A DNA stretch of 64,000 bases from Kiloniellaceae bacterium (lineage in GTDB: Bacteria > Pseudomonadota > Alphaproteobacteria > Kiloniellales > J153), in NCBI GenBank assembly GCA_021776055.1, contig JAJFGP010000142.1, forward strand, positions 1,298 to 65,297, in the 5' to 3' direction. Below are positions 56,692-64,000 of the stretch, one piece after another. A program made the position numbers and the translations under genes. Under the pieces are notes generated by a model, which did not search any database, had not been told where the DNA came from, and saw nothing but the letters and a program-made list of their open reading frames with translations. Each line of letters starts with the position of its first letter. Positions within the stretch are counted from its first letter, which is position 1.

Positions 56692-57675
56692 ATGCGCGCG
56701 ATGCTCTGCACCGAATACGGCGACCCTGAGGATCTAACCCTTGTGGAGATCGACTTGCCGCCGCCCGGCGCCGGCGAGGTGGCGGTGGCCGTGCACGTCG
56801 CCGGGGTCAATTTCGCCGACAGCCTGATGATCGCCGGCACCTACCAGGAGAAGCCGCCGTTTCCCTTCAGCCCCGGGTTCGAGGCAGCGGGGATCGTCAC
56901 CGGCATCGGCCCCGGTGTCACACGCGTTGCGCCGGGCGACCGAGTCATGGCGGTGGTCGATTGGGGCGCCTATGCCGCCGGCCTGATCGCTCGCGAGACC
57001 GATATCTTCCCGATCCCCGATAGCATGGAATTCGTCACCGCCGCCGGCCTGCCCATCACCTATGGCACGGCGCACGGGGCGCTGACCTGGCGGGCCGGGC
57101 TGCAGCCGGGCGAGGTATTGCTGGTGCACGGCGCCGCCGGCGGCGTCGGCCTGGCAACCGTCGAGGTCGGCAAGGCGCTGGGAGCTACGGTCATCGCCAC
57201 CGCCCGCAGCGCGGAACGCTTGGCCATAGCGGCGGACCACGGTGCCGATCACACCATCGATACCATCGACGAGGATATCCGCGAGCGGGTGCTAGAAATT
57301 ACCGATGGGCGCGGCGCCGATGTGGTCTTCGATCCGGTCGGCGGCGATATCTTCGATGCGTCGCTACGCTGCACTGCCTGGGGCGGTCGGCTGTTACTTA
57401 TCGGTTTTGCCAGCGGCCGGGTGCCGAAAATTCCGGCGAATATCCTCCTGGTCAAGAACCTGGCCGTGCTGGGGCTGTACTGGGGCGCCTACCGCCGGCG
57501 GGCACCTGACCTGGTCGCCGCCGAGTTCGCCCAACTGTTCGACTGGCACGCGAAGGGCCAGATCAGGCCACGCGTATCGCACAGTGCCGATCTGGCGCAC
57601 GCCGCCAAGGCCCTGGCCCTGCTGCGCAGCCGCGAGGCTACCGGCAAGGTCGTGCTTACCGTCACGGATAGTTAA
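56692..57675 (+). CDS. NADPH:quinone oxidoreductase (MDR family)
   Basis: GVNFAD, PFSPGFE, HGAAGGVG, GFASG, GKVVL. Confidence 0.94.
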   Translation: MRAMLCTEYGDPEDLTLVEIDLPPPGAGEVAVAVHVAGVNFADSLMIAGTYQEKPPFPFSPGFEAAGIVTGIGPGVTRVAPGDRVMAVVDWGAYAAGLIARETDIFPIPDSMEFVTAAGLPITYGTAHGALTWRAGLQPGEVLLVHGAAGGVGLATVEVGKALGATVIATARSAERLAIAADHGADHTIDTIDEDIRERVLEITDGRGADVVFDPVGGDIFDASLRCTAWGGRLLLIGFASGRVPKIPANILLVKNLAVLGLYWGAYRRRAPDLVAAEFAQLFDWHAKGQIRPRVSHSADLAHAAKALALLRSREATGKVVLTVTDS

Positions 57676-57684
57676 GCCGCCGCC

Positions 57685-58191
57685 CTATTTCCATTTCTCG
57701 GCGAACAGAAAGACGGGCAGGTCCAGGGCCGGCGGTTCTTGGCCCGCCTCTTTTAGCAGCGCGTGCACTTGTCCGCGGTGGTGGGTTTGATGGTTGAACA
57801 CCGTCGCCAGCATCCGCCGGATGGGCATGGTCCAGGGTTTGCCACTGGTGTCGTTGTAGTCGCAATTGCCGGCTAAGGCCGCCTCGTCCAAACCGTCGAC
57901 CAGGTTCACAATTCGCAGGTCCTCGGCCTGGCGTGCCTCGTGCAACGGGGGAAAATCCTCATGGAGAATCAGATCGAGGCGCGTGATGCCCGGATCGATC
58001 CCGGCGATGCGCCCAAACCACAAGCGATCGATGACCAGAATATGGTTCAAGGTGCCCTGGATCGAACCGAAGTAGGCGGCCGGCCGTTTTTTGTAAACCT
58101 CGGTCTCCGGCAGGTTCGTTACGACATCATAGATTTCCCGGTTCGCCCACTGGTTGAAGCGCGCGAAGGTTTGGAAATGGTCGCACATCAT
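57685..58191 (-). CDS. DinB/YfiT family protein
   Basis: FNQWAN, FGSIQGTLNHIL, FNHQTHHRGQ. Confidence 0.92.
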   Translation of the reverse strand: MMCDHFQTFARFNQWANREIYDVVTNLPETEVYKKRPAAYFGSIQGTLNHILVIDRLWFGRIAGIDPGITRLDLILHEDFPPLHEARQAEDLRIVNLVDGLDEAALAGNCDYNDTSGKPWTMPIRRMLATVFNHQTHHRGQVHALLKEAGQEPPALDLPVFLFAEKWK

Positions 58192-58196
58192 GGCGG

Positions 58197-59380
58197 CTAA
58201 ACTCCCTTGGCCAGCACTGGCACCAGCCGGTCCAGGGCTTGTGTCAATTTCTCCGCCGAGCTGGCAAAACACAGGCGCATACGCCCCTCGCCGCCCGGCC
58301 CAAAGGCCGAGCCGGGGGCTAGGCCCACGTCCGTCTCGTTCAGGAGGTGTTTGGCGTAGGCGAGGCTGTTCTGCAGCCCGTCCACGGCGAAGAAGCTATA
58401 GAACGAGCCGCGCGGCTGGGCGATGCGTATCCCCGGCAGCGCCGATAGGCGGTCAAAGACCAGCGCCCCACCGAGACGGCAACGCTCGACCATCTCGGCG
58501 ACAAAGGGCTCGCCCTCGCGGATCGCCGTGATGCAGGCATATTGCAGAAAGTGCGGCGCGCCGGATGTGTTGAACTCGATCAGCTTGTCGAGAACCGGCT
58601 CGAACTTGGCCGGCACGGTCAGCCAGCCCATGCGCCAACCGGTCATCGCCCAGGTCTTGGAAAAGGTGCTGATGACGATCAACGGATCGTCGGGCGAGGC
58701 AACCTCCAGGAACGACGGCGCAGCGGCGCGGTTACCCGCGGACCCATCGTAGATGAAACGGGCATAAGCTTCGTCCGCCAACATCCACAGGCCCCGCGTG
58801 CGGCAAAGATCGAGAACCTGACGCTGCTGTTCCGCCGTCATTACCCAGCCGGTGGGATTGCCGGGCGAGGCGATAAAGATCGCCCGTGTCCGCGCGTCGA
58901 TGGCCGCGGCCAGGCGTGCAAGATCGAGCGAAAAGCCGCCGTCCGGTAAGGGATCGAGGCAGACCGGCTTGTCCACGCCGCCGACGATACGAATGGACGA
59001 GACGATGTTGGGCCAGACCGGGCTGACCACCACCACGTTATCACCCGGCGCGAGGATCGCCTGTAACGCCAGCATGATGCCGTTCATGCCCGAGCTGGTT
59101 ACAATCACCCGCTCCGCGCCCGTATCCGTGCCGTAAAGGCCGTCGGTGTACTCGGCGATGGCCTGACGCAACTCCGGAATACCGCACTTCTGGGTGTAGT
59201 AGGTCTTGCCGGCGGCCATGGCGGCGGTGGCCGCATCGCAGATGAAGGCGGGTGTCGGCAAATCTCCCTCGCCCACCCACAACGAGAGCAGGTTTTCGCG
59301 CCCGAAGCCCAACTCGAAAACCTGGGCGATGCGCGAGATTTCCAACTCATCGATCGCCGGCGCCAGCGGCGGCATCCCGG

Positions 59381-59384
<4 letters not shown>
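58197..59384 (-). CDS. PLP-dependent class I/II aminotransferase
   Basis: [38 protein letters not shown]. Confidence 0.94.
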
Positions 59385-61348
<1,964 letters not shown>

Positions 61349-61447
61349 CCCGGCTCGTCCTCCCTAACTTTCCCGCAGTATGGCGAAGAGAAAAACGCCA
61401 ATCCAGCTTAGTGTGGTGGACCGGAAATTCCTGGCATTAAGATCCCA

Positions 61448-61490
61448 CCGTCATCCCGGACGCGACCCCGGATTAAATCCGGGATCCATC
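61448..61490. repeat. Partial alphaproteobacterial palindromic repeat element (CIR/RPE/RIME-like)
   Basis: CCGTCATCCCGGA...CCGGATTAAATCCGGGATCCAT resembles the GTCATCCCGG...TCCGGGATCCA left arm; the right arm has decayed. Confidence 0.55.
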
Positions 61491-61615
61491 GCGCTATATT
61501 CCGAGCGTCGGAGCAGTGGATAAAGGCATCCCACGCCGGTGTGCTATGGAGGAGAACTATTCCAACGGCGTGCCAACCTTGGCACACTCACCATGATTTG
61601 TAAGTTATCCGAGAA

Positions 61616-62518
61616 ATGTCAGATGAATCCAAGGCCATGAAAACCGGACAGTTAGGCGACATCACCATCAACCGTATTCTTGAGCTGGACGGGCCTTTTG
61701 TCCGGCCGCTGGACTTCTTCGACGCGGCCCTGCCCGAGGCGGTCGCGCCCCACCGCCATTGGCTCGAGCCCAAGGCGCTCGATCCGAAGACCGGTATGTT
61801 GATGATGCCGGTGCAGTCCTATCTGCTGCGCACCCGCCATCACATCATCCTCATCGATACCTGCATCGGTTGCCGCAAGACCTACGACGACGTCGTTCCC
61901 CAATGGAAAGACCTGCGCGATGAAACCTGGTTGCGCAATCTTAGCTCCGCCGGGGTCGGGCCGAGCGACATCGATTACGTCTTCTGCACCCATCTGCACG
62001 TGGATCATTGCGGCTGGAATACGCGCCTGGTGGATGGCCGCTGGACGCCAACCTTCCCGAACGCCAAATACATTCTCGCAAAAGACGAATACGCGGCCTG
62101 CGAAGCCCGCGACACCGCCGTCTTCCACGAGAACGTGGCGCCCATCATGGAAGCCGGGCAAGCGGTTCTGGTCGATACGGACTACGCCCTCGACGACGAG
62201 GTCTGGCTGACCCCAGCGCCCGGCCATACGCCCGGCCATGTCGCTGTAAATTTTGCCTCCCAGGGCCGCAGCGCGGTGATGACCGGCGATCTGATTCACA
62301 GCCCGATCCAACTGGCGCACCCCGAATGGCACGTTAAATTCGATCATGATCCAGCACTCGCCGCCAAGACCCGCCGACACTTCCTGGATAGCCATTGCGA
62401 GACCGACATTTTGGTGCTGACCGCCCATTTCCCGTCGCCCTCGGTCGGTCATGTGGTGCCCCACGCCGAGCGGGCTTTCGATTTCGACTACATACCGCCC
62501 GGCGCGGATGCGCTATAG
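61616..62518 (+). CDS. Metallo-beta-lactamase fold hydrolase
   Basis: THLHVDHCGW, PGHTPGH, GDLIH, TAHFP. Confidence 0.94.
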   Translation: MSDESKAMKTGQLGDITINRILELDGPFVRPLDFFDAALPEAVAPHRHWLEPKALDPKTGMLMMPVQSYLLRTRHHIILIDTCIGCRKTYDDVVPQWKDLRDETWLRNLSSAGVGPSDIDYVFCTHLHVDHCGWNTRLVDGRWTPTFPNAKYILAKDEYAACEARDTAVFHENVAPIMEAGQAVLVDTDYALDDEVWLTPAPGHTPGHVAVNFASQGRSAVMTGDLIHSPIQLAHPEWHVKFDHDPALAAKTRRHFLDSHCETDILVLTAHFPSPSVGHVVPHAERAFDFDYIPPGADAL

Positions 62519-62526
62519 TGACATCC

Positions 62527-62955
62527 ATGACAAAGACGGAAACCAACTACCCTGGCGGCTGCCTGTGCGGTGCGATCCGATTTGTGGCGACGGGCGAGCC
62601 CTTATGGGCAGCCCATTGCCATTGCCAAAGCTGCCGGCGCAGCACCGGGGCGCCCTTTGCCACTTTTGTCGGTTTTCCGCCGGACCGGATAACCTTTACC
62701 GCCGGCACGCTGACTGCCTATGCCTCATCGCCGGGCGTCGTTCGCTCGTTCTGCGGGGATTGCGGCACGCCGATGGCCTTTGAAGCCGACCGTTTCGCGG
62801 ATGAGACCCATCTTTATCTCTGTACCTTGGACGACCCGAGCGCAGTGTCGCCAACGATGCACGTGCACGCGGGCGAGCAGCTTGCTTGGCTGCACCTAAA
62901 CGACGGTTTGACGCGGTTCCGCACGTCCTCGCGCGACGGCCCGCCTCTTCCATAA
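62527..62955 (+). CDS. GFA/CENP-V family zinc protein
   Basis: GGCLCG, CHCQSCRR, SSPG, FCGDCGTP. Confidence 0.93.
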   Translation: MTKTETNYPGGCLCGAIRFVATGEPLWAAHCHCQSCRRSTGAPFATFVGFPPDRITFTAGTLTAYASSPGVVRSFCGDCGTPMAFEADRFADETHLYLCTLDDPSAVSPTMHVHAGEQLAWLHLNDGLTRFRTSSRDGPPLP

Positions 62956-63040
62956 AAGCCGCGTCCCGGCGCACGCATGGCTGACCTGCGCGCCGAAACC
63001 CTGGCGGTCCCGGTGCCTGGCCCGTAAGATTTCCGACATC

Positions 63041-63982
63041 ATGATAACGTCCCGCGGGATTGCGGCGCGGCTTAGCGCTGTGCCGGCGCCCGTGCAGGGC
63101 GCCCTTTATATGATTGCGGCCGCCTTTGGCTTTTCGCTGATGAACATGTTCATCCGCATCGCCGCGGCCGAATTGCATCCCTTTACGATCGCCTTTTTCC
63201 GAAATCTCTTTGCTCTGGCTTTCATTCTGCCGTGGCTGGCCCGCACCGGGCTGTCCGGGTTGCGCACCCAGCGCCTGGGAACCCATCTTCTGCGCGGCCT
63301 GTTTGGCATTACCGCCATGCTCTGCTGGTTTTCCTCGGTCGTTCTCCTACCGCTGGGCGAAGCGGTCGCCCTCAACTTCACCGTGCCATTGTTTGCCACC
63401 GCCGGTGCCGCGCTCTTTCTCGGCGAGGTGGTTGGTATCCGGCGCTGGGCCGCGACCTTCGTTGGATTTCTCGGGGTCCTCATTGTCCTGCGCCCCGGTT
63501 TCGCCGAGGTTACGCCGGTCATGGCCTTACCGATCATCGCCTCGGTTTTCATGGCCGCCTCTGTCTTGTTGGTAAAATCACTGTCGCGAACCGAGCATCC
63601 GGCAACAATTGTACTTATTCTGAACATGATCCTCACACCGTTGTCCCTCGGCCCGGCGCTTCTCTATTGGCAATGGCCCAGTTGGCCCGTCTTGGCGGCG
63701 CTGGTCGCATTGGGTCTGTTCGCTACATTCGCGCAATTGGCGCTCACGCAAGCCTTCAGCAAGGCGGAAGCCTCGGTGATCATCCCGTTCGACTATGCGC
63801 GCTTGCCTTTTATTGCCGTGATGGCCTATTTCGCCTTCGGTGAGATTCCCAGCGCCTGGACCTGGCCGGGTGCTGCCGTGATCGCCAGCGCCGCGATCTA
63901 CATCGCCCGCCGGGAAGCAAAAGTTGCGCGCGTGCGCGCCGCATCGGGCGCCGCCGGGGAATCGCCGAAAGCTCAGCTCTAA
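63041..63982 (+). CDS. EamA/DMT family transporter
   Basis: About 10 TM segments, duplicated EamA pattern, PFDYARL. Confidence 0.93.
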   Translation: MITSRGIAARLSAVPAPVQGALYMIAAAFGFSLMNMFIRIAAAELHPFTIAFFRNLFALAFILPWLARTGLSGLRTQRLGTHLLRGLFGITAMLCWFSSVVLLPLGEAVALNFTVPLFATAGAALFLGEVVGIRRWAATFVGFLGVLIVLRPGFAEVTPVMALPIIASVFMAASVLLVKSLSRTEHPATIVLILNMILTPLSLGPALLYWQWPSWPVLAALVALGLFATFAQLALTQAFSKAEASVIIPFDYARLPFIAVMAYFAFGEIPSAWTWPGAAVIASAAIYIARREAKVARVRAASGAAGESPKAQL

Positions 63983-64000
63983 GAAGCTGAATCGGTATTT

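Overview
GC-rich alphaproteobacterial chromosomal segment (Rhodospirillales-like by gene content and synteny), almost fully coding. It carries mostly housekeeping or metabolic genes: pip (partial), carD/cdnL, fdxA, hslR, a SUV3/MgpS-like helicase, pcm, htpG, acnA, a complete ccmABCDEFGHI cluster, folD, add, argG, rlmN, a class 3 asparaginase and acetoacetate-CoA ligase. It also has three ABC importers (Liv-type flanked by two adenylate-forming enzymes, HisJQMP-type, Dpp-type) and one tRNA-Ala(CGC). I saw no transposase, integrase, prophage gene or CRISPR array. The most interesting signals lie in intergenic DNA and degenerate enzymes. (1) An AT-richer AAA+/wHTH/PD-(D/E)xK gene sits behind a promoter bracketed by a perfect 24-bp inverted pair of palindromes. 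(2) Two CtrA-type boxes occur, one ahead of a small basic ORF and one between a disordered-linker/RHH protein (with a 16-bp palindrome) and a giant class A PBP. (3) A candidate sRNA with C-rich loops lies upstream of ccmA. (4) A perfect CRP box at about -41.5 precedes an orphan secreted peptide. (5) A nuclease-like/M48 protease/pseudophosphatase neighbourhood has lost catalytic residues. (6) ATGA-containing tandem repeats and mini-ORF relays occur at gene junctions. All family assignments come from motif recognition by eye; no database search was run.
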